Shown in pieces: positions 8,342 to 18,388 of a stretch of 64,000 bases of DNA; position 1 is the stretch's first letter; every line of letters begins with the position of its first letter. This DNA comes from Alphaproteobacteria bacterium (GTDB taxonomy: Bacteria > Pseudomonadota > Alphaproteobacteria > GCA-2746255), in assembly GCA_965249135.1 (NCBI GenBank), contig OZ252220.1, forward strand, positions 320,001 to 384,000, read 5' to 3'. The notes under the pieces are model-generated. The model was not told the origin of the DNA, did no database searches, and worked only from the letters and a program-made list of their open reading frames with translations. Position numbers and translations under genes: made by a program.

Positions 8342-10348
8342 ATGTTGATTCTACCGAAAAACACAAAGAGATCGAGTTCTCATCCGTGGTTCAGGCGAGC
8401 CACCATTTGGTCCGCATTTGCCTCGATGGCACTTACGGCGATGCCCGCGACCGCAGAAGAGGCGGACGCTGAATCTGGCGATCACACGATGCTTCCTGAG
8501 ATCGTCGTCACCGCGACCCGGATTGCGACGCCTAGGGAACAAATCGCCTCTTCGATGACGGTGATTACTGCCGAAGACATCGCACGCCGGCAACACCGTT
8601 CGGTCGGGGACGCGTTGCGCGTCGTGCCAAGCCTAAGCGTCATCCAGAACGGCGCTTCCGGTAAGCTCACGTCGATTTTTAGCCGTGGGACAGAGGCGAA
8701 TCATACGCTTATTCTGCTCGACGGGATCGAGATGAACGATCCCAGCACGACGGATGGCCGCATGAATTTCGCCGGCGTATCGATCGACGACGTCGAACGT
8801 ATCGAGGTCCTGCACGGACCCCAGGGCACGCTGTATGGCTCGGACGCGATCGGTGCCGTCATCAACATCATCACGAAGCGTGGCTCAGGCACGCCGAAGG
8901 CAAGCGTGCAACTGGAAGGGGGGTCTTTCGCGACCTTCAACCAGACGTTAAGCCTGCGTGGGGCAGAGCAGATGTTCGACTACAGCGTCACGCTCGAACG
9001 CAGCAGCACGGACGGGATTTCCGTCTCGCCAGCACGTCTCACGCCGTCGGGCACAAAGAAGGAGAACGATGGCTTTGATAATACGACCATCGCCGCCAAT
9101 CTCGGTCTGACGCCTTCCGATATTCTGTCGTTTCGTTTCACCGGCCGTTTTTTGGACCTTCGAAATGATCTCGACCTGAGTCCGACGGATAACGACAGCC
9201 ATGGCGAAGAAGACCGCCTTTTTCTTGGTGGTAACGCAAGGCTCGAACTCTTCGAGGGTCGGAGCGAGCACCGTTTCGCCGTCACCTACACGGATTACAA
9301 CCGGATCATCCGGAATGACGTGGATGTTTTGAATCCCCTCGACTTCCTGCGCAGCAAGGGCCTTGGCGAGAAGTTGAAATTCGAGCTGCAGAACGATTTC
9401 CGCTTTATCGAAAATCACGTCGTGACCATTGGGGTGGAAACCGAAAAGGAAAAGATCACCACAAGCAGCAATTCGACGAGCGCGTTCGGGCCCTTCACTT
9501 CCTTGGCGAAGGCCGACGCCAGGACGGATGCCATCTATCTCCAGGACCAGATCGCCTATCGCGATCGGTTCTTTGGAACGATCGGCCTTCGACTCGACGA
9601 TCACGACAGCTTCGGCTCGGAAATGACTTATCGCTTCGCGCCTGCGTACTTGCATCGGGAGACGGGAACGAAGATTCGAGGCACCTATGCGAAAGGCTTT
9701 AAGGCGCCCACTCTGTTCGAGCTTTTCGGTGGTTCGGCTTCCTCCTTTGGCAGTTTCAGCGGCAACCCAAATCTGAAGCCCGAAACCAGCCGCGGTTGGG
9801 AGGTTGGGCTCGATCAGTCCTTTTTCGACGATCGGCTGACGCTCAGCCTTACCTATTACGACAACGAGATCAAAAACCTTATCGTCAGCAACAGCACCTT
9901 CACGTCGAATCTCAATCTCGCTGTGGCTGAAACACACGGGATCGAATTTGGCCTCACCGCGAAACTTCTCGAAAATCTCGATCTTGGGGCAAGCTACGCC
10001 TACACGCGCGCCGAGGAGGGCGGAACAACCAGGAAGGAACTGTTGCGGCGGCCGTTGCACAAGGCAACCTTCGACCTTTCCTATCGTCCGATAGCGCCGC
10101 TTTCGCTTACCCTCTCGGGTTCCTACATTGGCCGCCGCTACGACATCGACGCGGTGACCTTTGGGCGGATCAAGGACCCCGGCTACTTTCTTGCGAATAT
10201 CGCCGCGTCTTACGACGTGGCCGAGGAGTGGCAGGCCTTTGGCCGGATCGAGAACCTCTTCAGCAAGCATTACGAAGATCCGGACGGCTTCGACCAACCG
10301 GGCTTTGGCTTCTTCCTCGGCGTGAAGAAGACTCTGGAGGCCTTCTGA
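8342..10348 (+). CDS. btuB: TonB-dependent vitamin B12 receptor
   Basis: IVVTATR TonB-box region; plug motif VERIEVLHGPQGTLYGSDAIGAVINIIT; NPNLKPE; C-terminal Phe; B12 riboswitch upstream. Confidence 0.9.
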   Translation: MLILPKNTKRSSSHPWFRRATIWSAFASMALTAMPATAEEADAESGDHTMLPEIVVTATRIATPREQIASSMTVITAEDIARRQHRSVGDALRVVPSLSVIQNGASGKLTSIFSRGTEANHTLILLDGIEMNDPSTTDGRMNFAGVSIDDVERIEVLHGPQGTLYGSDAIGAVINIITKRGSGTPKASVQLEGGSFATFNQTLSLRGAEQMFDYSVTLERSSTDGISVSPARLTPSGTKKENDGFDNTTIAANLGLTPSDILSFRFTGRFLDLRNDLDLSPTDNDSHGEEDRLFLGGNARLELFEGRSEHRFAVTYTDYNRIIRNDVDVLNPLDFLRSKGLGEKLKFELQNDFRFIENHVVTIGVETEKEKITTSSNSTSAFGPFTSLAKADARTDAIYLQDQIAYRDRFFGTIGLRLDDHDSFGSEMTYRFAPAYLHRETGTKIRGTYAKGFKAPTLFELFGGSASSFGSFSGNPNLKPETSRGWEVGLDQSFFDDRLTLSLTYYDNEIKNLIVSNSTFTSNLNLAVAETHGIEFGLTAKLLENLDLGASYAYTRAEEGGTTRKELLRRPLHKATFDLSYRPIAPLSLTLSGSYIGRRYDIDAVTFGRIKDPGYFLANIAASYDVAEEWQAFGRIENLFSKHYEDPDGFDQPGFGFFLGVKKTLEAF

Positions 10349-11190
10349 TGCCGCATTGGAGGCAGATGTGCGTCTTTGCTGCGATGGCCATGCTCATGGC
10401 CTTTGTGGAAGGCCCGGCATCTGCCTCCGAGGCCCGGCCGGTTCGCATCGTCTCCATCAACTTATGCGCAGACCAGCTGGTGCTTCTCCTGGTCGAGCCG
10501 GAACGCATCCGTTCGTTGAGCTACTACGCCCTCGATGCCGATGAATCCTACTACGCCGAGCGCGCAAAAGCATTTCATATCAACCACGTAACGGCGGATG
10601 AGGTGCTGGCGCTCGAGCCGGATCTGGTGTTGGCCGGGGTCTATACGAAGCGCTCGACGGTCGGCATGTTGAAGCGCCAGGGGGTGCGCGTCGTCGAACT
10701 CGGTGTGCCGCGCACGATCGATGAAATTCACACCCGGTTTCTGGAGGTGGCGGAACTGCTGGGTGCCAGGGCACGCGGCGAAGAATTGCTTGCCGGGATG
10801 ACGCGAAGGCTTGAGGCCGTCGCTTCCCGAAGCCAGGGGCCGAAGCCTTTGGCGGTCGTCTATTTCGCAAACGGTCTGACGGCGGGGAAGGGGACGCTGA
10901 TGGATGACGTGATGCGCAGGGCGGGAATCGAAAACCTGGCGGCCCGTTTCGGCATCGAGGGTTTCGGCAACCTCTCCCTCGAACGACTTCTCGTCAGCAA
11001 GCCGGACATGATCATCCTCGGTCATATCACGCCGGAAGAACCCTCGCTTGCCCGCATGACGCTCGAGCATCCCGCCTTCCGCTACCTTCGGGGACGCACG
11101 AAGACGGTGGCGCTGCCGCGTCGCATCTGGACCTGTTGGGGACCTTTCACGGCGGAGTGGGTCGAACGCCTGGTGGAGGGACGGCCATGA
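10348..11190 (+). CDS. btuF: Cobalamin ABC transporter substrate-binding protein
   Basis: RIVSINLCADQLV; TGATG coupling to btuB. Confidence 0.82.
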   Translation: MPHWRQMCVFAAMAMLMAFVEGPASASEARPVRIVSINLCADQLVLLLVEPERIRSLSYYALDADESYYAERAKAFHINHVTADEVLALEPDLVLAGVYTKRSTVGMLKRQGVRVVELGVPRTIDEIHTRFLEVAELLGARARGEELLAGMTRRLEAVASRSQGPKPLAVVYFANGLTAGKGTLMDDVMRRAGIENLAARFGIEGFGNLSLERLLVSKPDMIILGHITPEEPSLARMTLEHPAFRYLRGRTKTVALPRRIWTCWGPFTAEWVERLVEGRP

Positions 11191-12218
11191 CGGAGGCCCC
11201 CATGCCGTCGAGTAAGGTCGCGAAGGTGATGCCACTCTATCCGCTCATCGCCGGCCTGCTCGTGGTGCTGCTGGTGCTTGCCGGGTTTTCCCTCGCCCTC
11301 GGCAGGGTCGAAATACCGCTTCTGGCGGCGGCAATGGGCATATTTGCGGCCGACCCGCCGCTTACCTCGATCCTGCTTGCCGAAATTCGCCTGCCGCGCA
11401 CGCTGCTGGCCATCCTCGTCGGTGGCAGTCTCGGGCTTTGCGGGGCGGCACTCCAGGGACTGCTTCGCAATCCGCTCGCCGCCCCCGGACTCATCGGGGT
11501 TTCCAGCAGTGCGGCCCTTGGTTCGGTCCTCGTGCTTTATTTCGGTTACGCCGAAACCTTTTTCCTAGCGCTTCCCATGGGCGGCGTTGTCGGCGCGCTC
11601 GTCGTCGTCCTCCTCATCTATGGAATTGCCGGACGGGATTCGAGCATCTTGACGCTGATCCTCGCCGGTGTGGCGATCAGCGGCTTTGCGTCCGCACTCA
11701 CCTCGCTTGCGCTCAACCTCGCGCCAAGCCCGTATGCTGCCTATGAGATCGTATTCTGGATCCTTGGATCGGTCGCGGATCGTAGCTTCGATCATATCGC
11801 CTTCGTTGCCCCTCTCATGGCGGTCGGATGGGTTCTGCTCTTGCGGACTGGACGCGCGCTCGATGCGCTTTCGCTTGGCGAGGAGACGGCGGCAACCTTG
11901 GGCTTCAACCTGCCCCGGGTGCGCTTTGCCGTGATCGTCGGCACCGCCCTTGCGGTAGGCGCGGCCGTTTCCGTGACCGGCGTCATCGCCTTCATCGGTC
12001 TCGTTGTGCCACATCTGATGCGCCCGTTTGTAGGCCACCAGCCGTCACGCTTGCTTGGTGTCAGCGCCCTGGGTGGCGCCATCCTTGTGCTTGCGGGCGA
12101 CATCGCCGTTCGCGTTTTTTCGCCGGGCCTCGAACTCAAGCTCGGTGTGTTGACCGCAATGATCGGCGCCCCCTTCTTCCTCTATCTCATCTTGAAGACC
12201 CGGAGGGAGATGCAATGA
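11187..12218 (+). CDS. btuC: Cobalamin/iron-chelate ABC permease (FecCD family)
   Basis: IRLPR, LQGLLRNPLA.P, LSLGEETAATLG, FIGLVVPH, GAPFF. Confidence 0.88.
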   Translation: MTEAPMPSSKVAKVMPLYPLIAGLLVVLLVLAGFSLALGRVEIPLLAAAMGIFAADPPLTSILLAEIRLPRTLLAILVGGSLGLCGAALQGLLRNPLAAPGLIGVSSSAALGSVLVLYFGYAETFFLALPMGGVVGALVVVLLIYGIAGRDSSILTLILAGVAISGFASALTSLALNLAPSPYAAYEIVFWILGSVADRSFDHIAFVAPLMAVGWVLLLRTGRALDALSLGEETAATLGFNLPRVRFAVIVGTALAVGAAVSVTGVIAFIGLVVPHLMRPFVGHQPSRLLGVSALGGAILVLAGDIAVRVFSPGLELKLGVLTAMIGAPFFLYLILKTRREMQ

Positions 12219-13021
12219 ACCTGATCGAAGGCAACGCCATTGCGGTTCGTTTCGGGGACAACGTCATTCTTGATGGTGTGGACCTTGCCGCAAGGGAAGG
12301 CGAGCTTATCGGTCTCATTGGAGAGAACGGTGCCGGCAAGACGACGTTGCTTCGGGTGCTGGCAAATCTGCTGCCGACGGAAAAGGGGGAAGTGCGCTTT
12401 CGTGGCGATGACATTCAGGCAATTTCGCGCCGCACTTACGCGCGTGAGATGGCCTACCTTCCGCAAGCCGCCATCAGTCACTGGCCGCTCGAGGTGCGCC
12501 ACCTCGTCGCCCTTGGCCGGCTTCCCCATCGCGATCCTTGGCAGCGACTCGCCGAGGCCGATCTCGAACGCGTTGAGACCGTTCTTCGTTGGACGGATAC
12601 GATTCATCTGGCCACCCGTACGGTCACCACGCTTTCCGGGGGCGAGCTCGTGCGCGTCATGCTGGCCCGTGCCCTTGCCTCCGAACCAAAGCTGCTGCTG
12701 GCGGATGAGCCGGTCACCTCGCTCGATCCCTTTCACCAGCTCCAGGTCATGGAGCTTCTGCGCGACATCGTAAAGCGCGATGCTTGCGTCCTCGTCGTTC
12801 TGCACGACCTGGCGCTTGCGGCACGGTTCTGCGATCGGTTGCTGCTGTTGCATGCCGGCAAGGTGATGGCGGAAGGGCCACCGGAAGCGGTGCTTACGCC
12901 TTCGAATCTGGAGGCGGCCTACGCGATTGCCGCGGAATTCGGTGAACGCGAAGGAACCATGTACTTGCTGCCATGGCAACGCCTTGAAACAGGGGCAGGT
13001 GGGGACGGAGGGAAGGAATGA
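12215..13021 (+). CDS. btuD: Cobalamin/iron-chelate ABC ATPase
   Basis: GENGAGKT Walker A, LSGGE, LLADEP, VLHDL; ATGA overlap with the permease. Confidence 0.85.
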   Translation: MNLIEGNAIAVRFGDNVILDGVDLAAREGELIGLIGENGAGKTTLLRVLANLLPTEKGEVRFRGDDIQAISRRTYAREMAYLPQAAISHWPLEVRHLVALGRLPHRDPWQRLAEADLERVETVLRWTDTIHLATRTVTTLSGGELVRVMLARALASEPKLLLADEPVTSLDPFHQLQVMELLRDIVKRDACVLVVLHDLALAARFCDRLLLLHAGKVMAEGPPEAVLTPSNLEAAYAIAAEFGEREGTMYLLPWQRLETGAGGDGGKE

Positions 13022-13776
13022 CGATTTCGCCCATCCGACTCATCGCCTATTTTTCCTCGGTACTTGTTCATGCAGGAGTCGTTGGCGCGGTCTTGTTTTA
13101 TCCGGATTACAAGCCACCCAGGATCGCCGAGACGGTGGGGATCGAGGTCGAGATCATGGCGGAACTACCGGGAGGCCGGCTGGAGAACGCGGCGCAGGAT
13201 CCCGTCGACGGGGTGTCACTGCAAGCGCGGCAAACGAACACTGAGCCCACACAAAAACGACCGGCCCCGATCAGGCAGGCAGAATCGAAATCTCTTTCGC
13301 CGCTACCCCCGCCGCCACAAAAGCCCGAATCTCACGCGGGCGTAGCAAGCGTGGTGCCGCCCATGACCCCGACCGAGAAGAAGGAGCAGGACACCCCACC
13401 ACCTGCGGAACGGCAAGAAAATCTGGCCGCGTTCTCACCGGCGGCCGGCGCGCACGTGGCCAGCGAGGCGGCGGTAAAGGCCGCCGAAAAGGGGCCGGGC
13501 GTGGCCCCGCGGCTGCTTGCCAATCCGAAGCCGGTCTATCCGAAACGGGCCCGGAAACAGGGCGTGGAGGGGCGGGTCCTGCTGCGTGTCCTGGTCGGCA
13601 CGACGGGCGAGAGCCTCAACGTGACGACGCTTCAATCGAGCGGGCATCCGATCCTCGACGAAGCGGCGAGCCAGGCGGTGCAGAAATGGCGATTCATACC
13701 GGCCCAACGCGCCGGCTTGCCCGTAGCGGCGGCCCTCGATATTCCGATCGTCTTCCGGATCAAGAAGGAAGACTAG
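13018..13776 (+). CDS. tonB: Energy transducer TonB
   Basis: N-terminal TM with SVLVH, Pro-rich linker, YPKRARKQGVEGRV, SSGHPILDEAA, WRFIPA. Confidence 0.9.
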   Translation: MTISPIRLIAYFSSVLVHAGVVGAVLFYPDYKPPRIAETVGIEVEIMAELPGGRLENAAQDPVDGVSLQARQTNTEPTQKRPAPIRQAESKSLSPLPPPPQKPESHAGVASVVPPMTPTEKKEQDTPPPAERQENLAAFSPAAGAHVASEAAVKAAEKGPGVAPRLLANPKPVYPKRARKQGVEGRVLLRVLVGTTGESLNVTTLQSSGHPILDEAASQAVQKWRFIPAQRAGLPVAAALDIPIVFRIKKED

Positions 13777-13779
13777 GCC

Positions 13780-14652
13780 TTAATCGCCGCGCCGAAGCCG
13801 CGCGATCAGGCTCGACGTGTCCCAGCGTTCGCCGCCCATCTCGGCAATCTCCGCGTAGAAACGCTCGACCAGTTCGGTAACGGGAAGTTCGGCGCCGATT
13901 TTCTCTGCCTCGCGAAAACAGATCGCCAGATCCTTTTGCATCCATTTCACGGCAAAGCCGAAATCGAATTTGCCCTCAAGCATCGTTCGGGCGCGGTTCT
14001 CCATCTGCCAGGATTGGGCGGCGCCCTTCGTGATGACGTCGATGACCTTCTCCATGTCGAGGCCGGCGCGCCGTCCGAAATCGAGGCCTTCGGCCAACGC
14101 CTCGAGCAGCCCCGCGGCACAAATCTGGTTCACCATCTTCGTCAGTTGGCCGGTGCCGACGTCACCCATACGCTGGATGGTCTGCCCATAGGCCTCGATG
14201 ATGGGTTTCGCACGGTCGAAATCGGCCGCTTCACCTCCCATCATCACGGTCAGCGTCCCCTTCTTCGCGCCCGCCTCGCCGCCTGAGACGGGGGCGTCGA
14301 GAAAGGCAATCCCGCTTTTCTCTCCCTTTTGTGCAAGCTCCCGCGCGATTTGTGCCGAGGCCGTCGTATGGTCGATGAACGTCGTGCCCCCCTTCATGCC
14401 GGCGAAGGCGCCATCCTCCCCAAGCACGGCGCTTTTGAGGTCGGCGTCGTTGCCAACGCACGTGAAGACGAAGTGGGCCCCGGAAGCGGCTTCCCTCGGC
14501 GTGTGGGCGAGTGCGCCCCTGTATTCACGCACCCACGCTTCCGCCTTCGAAGGCGTGCGGTTCGCTACCGTTACCTGGTGGCCGGCGGCGGCCAGATGAC
14601 CGGCCATCGGCAACCCCATGACTCCAAGACCGATGAAGGCAACGCGGGCCAT
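13780..14652 (-). CDS. NAD(P)-dependent beta-hydroxyacid dehydrogenase (3-hydroxyisobutyrate dehydrogenase family)
   Basis: FIGLGVMGLPMA, DAPVSGG, catalytic K in TKMVNQ, KDL. Confidence 0.9.
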   Translation of the reverse strand: MARVAFIGLGVMGLPMAGHLAAAGHQVTVANRTPSKAEAWVREYRGALAHTPREAASGAHFVFTCVGNDADLKSAVLGEDGAFAGMKGGTTFIDHTTASAQIARELAQKGEKSGIAFLDAPVSGGEAGAKKGTLTVMMGGEAADFDRAKPIIEAYGQTIQRMGDVGTGQLTKMVNQICAAGLLEALAEGLDFGRRAGLDMEKVIDVITKGAAQSWQMENRARTMLEGKFDFGFAVKWMQKDLAICFREAEKIGAELPVTELVERFYAEIAEMGGERWDTSSLIARLRRGD

Positions 14653-14671
14653 GCTTCGGTTTCCTTAGGCG

Positions 14672-15193
14672 CTAAACTTTTTGCCAGTTGCAGGTGAGGC
14701 GCAGGTCTTCCGTCGTGTTCACGACCGTCGCGATGCAGGCATCCGCGCGGTCTTCCGGAATCCAGACGGCGAAGCGGATCAAATACTGGTCGCCTTCGGT
14801 TTGGGGAACTTTCTCGGCATGCATGCCGACGATGTTCGCGCCGTATTGCACGAAGACCTCGGAAAGCCTGGCGATCAGGCCGGGGCTGTCACCCCCTGTG
14901 ACGCGGATGTAGTGGGTAAGTTGACCCGAAGGGCCATGCACGGAAGGAAGCTCGAAATGACTGACGGTGACTTTGCCGTCGCCGATTTCCTGCAGGGCGC
15001 CCAGCTCCTGCTCGACCGTCTCCGGCGAGACCGCATCCGGAATCTCGACAAGGGAAGTGAACTCGGCGCCCTCGCCAAGAACGGCAAAGGTCGTATCCCC
15101 CAGATTGGCGCCAAGCTCGAAAAGACGCCCGGTAATTGCCGAAATCAGACCCGTGCGGTCCGCACAAAGGATGGAAACGAGGATGGTTTTCAT
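14672..15193 (-). CDS. Tandem ACT-domain protein (GcvR-like)
   Basis: DRTGLISAIT..GANLGD and GGDSPGLIARLS..GANI ACT motifs. Confidence 0.85.
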   Translation of the reverse strand: MKTILVSILCADRTGLISAITGRLFELGANLGDTTFAVLGEGAEFTSLVEIPDAVSPETVEQELGALQEIGDGKVTVSHFELPSVHGPSGQLTHYIRVTGGDSPGLIARLSEVFVQYGANIVGMHAEKVPQTEGDQYLIRFAVWIPEDRADACIATVVNTTEDLRLTCNWQKV

Positions 15194-15271
15194 CGTGAAA
15201 GGCGGTCTTGGGAAAAAGAGCCCCTATCATGGGCGAAAAGCGGGCCTGTGGAAAGGAGAAGGAAGGTGGCT

Positions 15272-15967
15272 CTAACAGGGATAGCCATCGAAATTTCGAG
15301 CGTAGCCATCGAAAAGATCGAGCATGCGCTCGCGCCATTCCCAAATGGGGTCGTCGTCGGCGAGCAGGATGAACGGTGACACGCAACGGGCCCATTGGAA
15401 GGCCCCGAAAACGATGTAGTCCGCATACGCCGGCGTTTCCCCACAAATAAAGGGCTCCTTTCCAAGTGTGTAACGAAGGACGTCCAGGCGCTTTCGAAAG
15501 GGCTCGAGACGCGCATCCCGTGTTGCCTGGACCTCTTCGAGCGGGCCCTTCAACCACTTCTCACGGGTTTTCCGGAAATGTTCGCGATCTTCCTCCCGGA
15601 CATGGTCGAAGATGTCCTTCACGACCATCGGAAAGAGCTCGACGATCAGGACGCGGGTCGCCCAACTGTTGATGAAGAGGGCTTCGCCCCGTGCCGCGCC
15701 GCATCCGAAAAGAGCGGGGTATTCCGGGTAGGTGTCCTCGAGGTAGCAGGCGATGTCCCAGGAATCGGAAACCGCTTTCCCGTTGTCGATGATCACGGGA
15801 ACCAGTTTCTGACCGCTGAATGCGATCTTCTCTTTTTCCGTGAAGCCGACGGGAACGATCTCGTCCGGAAGGAGGCCCTTATGGGCAAGCGCCATCCGGG
15901 TTCGCCAGCAGAAGGGGCTGAAGCGCTTGTCCTCGGCACCCCACAATTCGTAAAGCGTAAGCGACAT
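15272..15967 (-). CDS. Glutathione S-transferase family protein (LigE/beta-etherase-like)
   Basis: FSPFCWRTRMALAHKGL, VPVI.D, SDSWDIA.YL, YADYIVFGAFQW. Confidence 0.85.
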   Translation of the reverse strand: MSLTLYELWGAEDKRFSPFCWRTRMALAHKGLLPDEIVPVGFTEKEKIAFSGQKLVPVIIDNGKAVSDSWDIACYLEDTYPEYPALFGCGAARGEALFINSWATRVLIVELFPMVVKDIFDHVREEDREHFRKTREKWLKGPLEEVQATRDARLEPFRKRLDVLRYTLGKEPFICGETPAYADYIVFGAFQWARCVSPFILLADDDPIWEWRERMLDLFDGYARNFDGYPC

Positions 15968-16052
15968 CGTCCTCCCCTTGGGCGTCCATTGGACACTAAC
16001 CTACCGCCATCGTCTCCGGCGGTGCAATCCGGGGAAGGGCTTGGAAAAAGAA

Positions 16053-16080
16053 TGCCCCGTCTCTTAAGAAGAGACGGGGC
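16053..16080. terminator. Hairpin downstream of the ICMT-family gene
   Basis: GCCCCGTCTCTT-AAG-AAGAGACGGGGC perfect 12-bp stem. Confidence 0.6.
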
Positions 16081-16092
16081 TTAGGGGGAGGC

Positions 16093-16839
16093 TCAATAAA
16101 CGCCTGGAATTACTCGCGAAGTACGGGCCGCATAGGCCGCGTATTCCGGAAAGGCTTGCCGCAGGACCGCCTCCTCATTCCGCATGCGCTGAATCTGGAT
16201 CGCGACATGGATGAAAAGCAGAAGAACGGCCGGAAGGGAGAAGAAGATCACGATCGCGCCAAGCACGGCGATTTCCTCGGCGAGGTAAAGCGGATGCCGC
16301 ACGAAGGCGTAGGGCCCGTGCGTCACCAACTCACGCGCTTCGGCCATGATGCTGAACGAACGGCCGAGATAGCTGATTGCAATGACGCAAAACGCGCTTC
16401 CCGTCGCAACCAGGGTTAAACCGAGAATGCTTTGGGAAAGCGTTGGCTCGGGCGGCGGCAATAGGACAAGCGCCATCAAAAGGAAGGTCCCGGTCAGCGC
16501 CGAGACGCGCGGCTGGAGTCCGGCAGCCTTGCTGACCGGCGGTTTCCTGATCAGAAACAGCACGACGATGAGCGACATGAAAAGAATTCGTGCAGCCGAG
16601 GGAGCGGCGGAAGCGGCGAATTGGGCTTGCGTTACCGCGATCGCCGGTTCCAGAAGAAGCCGGGTGAGATCGGCTGCCTCCGCCAGAACGAGCAGCAGAA
16701 AATAGGCAGCCGGCACGACTCCGCTCAGTACGTTGAAGATGCGATGGTCCGTGATTCGCCGGAAGATGGCGCCGAAGATATCAAGGACCGCGCCGCCATC
16801 CTTTTCAGGGAAAATTTCCGTGGCCGTTGCGTCTTTCAT
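16093..16839 (-). CDS. Isoprenylcysteine carboxyl methyltransferase (ICMT/PEMT) family membrane protein
   Basis: LGRSFS..ARELVTHGPYAFVRHPLY, NEE.VL..FPEY..Y; multiple TM segments. Confidence 0.85.
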   Translation of the reverse strand: MKDATATEIFPEKDGGAVLDIFGAIFRRITDHRIFNVLSGVVPAAYFLLLVLAEAADLTRLLLEPAIAVTQAQFAASAAPSAARILFMSLIVVLFLIRKPPVSKAAGLQPRVSALTGTFLLMALVLLPPPEPTLSQSILGLTLVATGSAFCVIAISYLGRSFSIMAEARELVTHGPYAFVRHPLYLAEEIAVLGAIVIFFSLPAVLLLFIHVAIQIQRMRNEEAVLRQAFPEYAAYAARTSRVIPGVY

Positions 16840-16852
16840 GTCGCTTGCCTGG

Positions 16853-18307
16853 CTATTTCGAAAGCCGGAGTTCGGAAAGATGGTTTGCGATCTCTTGAAA
16901 TACCTGCTGCAGCGTCGCCGCATCCGGTGCGTAGTGGTAGTAAGGCGCGTTCGGCTCCGTCGCGACGCTTTCCATTAAGGCCTGCAGCGCACCACCGCTG
17001 TTCGCGAACTGAATCGTATAGATGGTGACGCCGCCCGATTTGATGGTGCCGGCGAGTTGGGTAAGCTTTGGGTTCATTTCTATGCCGGCGCCCGTGCCGA
17101 GTCCGAAGGCCCCCTTGTAGCCATCTCCGGAACCTCCATAGTTTTCGCCGTCCGTCAGCAAAATGATTGCTTGCTGACGAGCGAAGTCAGGGTCCGGATC
17201 CGCTTGCGCAAAGGGGGCGCCCGGCATGAGCACGCGCCAGGCCCAGGCAAGGCCCTGGGGGATGTTCGTCGTGCCCGTCGGGGACGTCAATTCATCGATC
17301 GCGGTCTGAATCGTGGTTTTCGTGTTTTGCAATGGCGTGATGCCTTGATTCAGGCAGGGACGGCATTCGGACCCGTTGATGGCAAGCGCACAATCCGTCC
17401 AACCCGGTACGGGTTCGCCTTCCGGCCCGGTCAGCTCCCAGGCGAACCATTCGAAGCCGCTCTTCGTGACCTCGTAAAGGTCGAGATCCGCATCGTTCAG
17501 GTCATCCCCGTCGTCGAGGTAACGCTGATACACACAGCCCTGCCAATCCGGCGGCGGTGGCGCGAGAAGCGGCACCGATGAATTGTTCGGAACATAAACC
17601 TGGGTCTGGGGCGCGCCGGTGATCGGGTTCGTAAAGGCCGGGACGGCGTTCGTCGTGGTGAGCGTAGCGTCATAAGCCTCGCCGTTCCGCATGACATTCA
17701 CTTTTGAGCTCCAGGGCACGAGGCCGATATTCAAAAGCGGCTTCGTTTCATCATTTCCGAACAGGATATTGACGAGTTCCGTTGCCGCACCGCGCGCCGC
17801 TTCGATGCGCGACCCGCCGCCGCTGGCACTCGAGCTCATCGAGCCCGACATGTCGATCGCGAGCACGACGTCCAACATCTGGGTCTGCCGCGACACCTCC
17901 GTCTCTGCCGAAACGTTCAGCGTGTCGAAGCCGAAGGCATGTATGAAGGTGGTGTTGATCGAGGCGGACGCGCTGAGCGTGATGACCTCGTTGTTCGCAT
18001 CGACCGTGAAAGTGGGTCCCGTTACGGTCGCGCCGAGATAGCCCGGCGGGAAATTCGCATCGAAATACATCTGAATGTCGGCGTCCCGGTTCTCCGAGAA
18101 CATGACCCGGCCGCCGGCCAGCGCCGCCGAGTCGAGGGCGCGGGAAAGCCGCGCCTTTACGAGGTAGCCGCGTGCCGCGTCCGTCGCGATGCCCAGGAAC
18201 CCTACCGTCGGAAGGATCGCCGCCGCCAGGAAGACCGCAATTATGCCCTTTCGATCCCTTGCCAGCGGCACGAGCCCAAGCCAGAGCCGCTTCAGCCACG
18301 CTTTCAT
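16853..18307 (-). CDS. tadG: TadG-like pilus-associated vWA protein
   Basis: RDRKG/IIA prepilin-like N-terminus, ALDSAALAG, MIDAS DMSGSM, GTTN, LLTDGEN. Confidence 0.85.
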   Translation of the reverse strand: MKAWLKRLWLGLVPLARDRKGIIAVFLAAAILPTVGFLGIATDAARGYLVKARLSRALDSAALAGGRVMFSENRDADIQMYFDANFPPGYLGATVTGPTFTVDANNEVITLSASASINTTFIHAFGFDTLNVSAETEVSRQTQMLDVVLAIDMSGSMSSSASGGGSRIEAARGAATELVNILFGNDETKPLLNIGLVPWSSKVNVMRNGEAYDATLTTTNAVPAFTNPITGAPQTQVYVPNNSSVPLLAPPPPDWQGCVYQRYLDDGDDLNDADLDLYEVTKSGFEWFAWELTGPEGEPVPGWTDCALAINGSECRPCLNQGITPLQNTKTTIQTAIDELTSPTGTTNIPQGLAWAWRVLMPGAPFAQADPDPDFARQQAIILLTDGENYGGSGDGYKGAFGLGTGAGIEMNPKLTQLAGTIKSGGVTIYTIQFANSGGALQALMESVATEPNAPYYHYAPDAATLQQVFQEIANHLSELRLSK

Positions 18308-18373
18308 CGCCTGGTTCCTCCCGGTTGCAGGAAGATCACCGGAATGATCGGGCGGAATTCTAGGAATAGCGTA

Positions 18374-18388
18374 TTAATGATTGGTTAA
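18374..18388. promoter_or_regulatory. Perfect CtrA box in the AT-rich tadG/flp divergent promoter
   Basis: TTAA-TGATTGG-TTAA; a second near match TTTA-CTTTTCA-TTAAC at about 18496-18511. Confidence 0.65.

Noticed and set aside
8948-10297. 449-aa antisense ORF and many similar long shadow ORFs (e.g. 27277-28239, 38841-39836, 58879-59907)
   Set aside because: They lie opposite or out of frame with well-supported genes and are expected in high-GC DNA.
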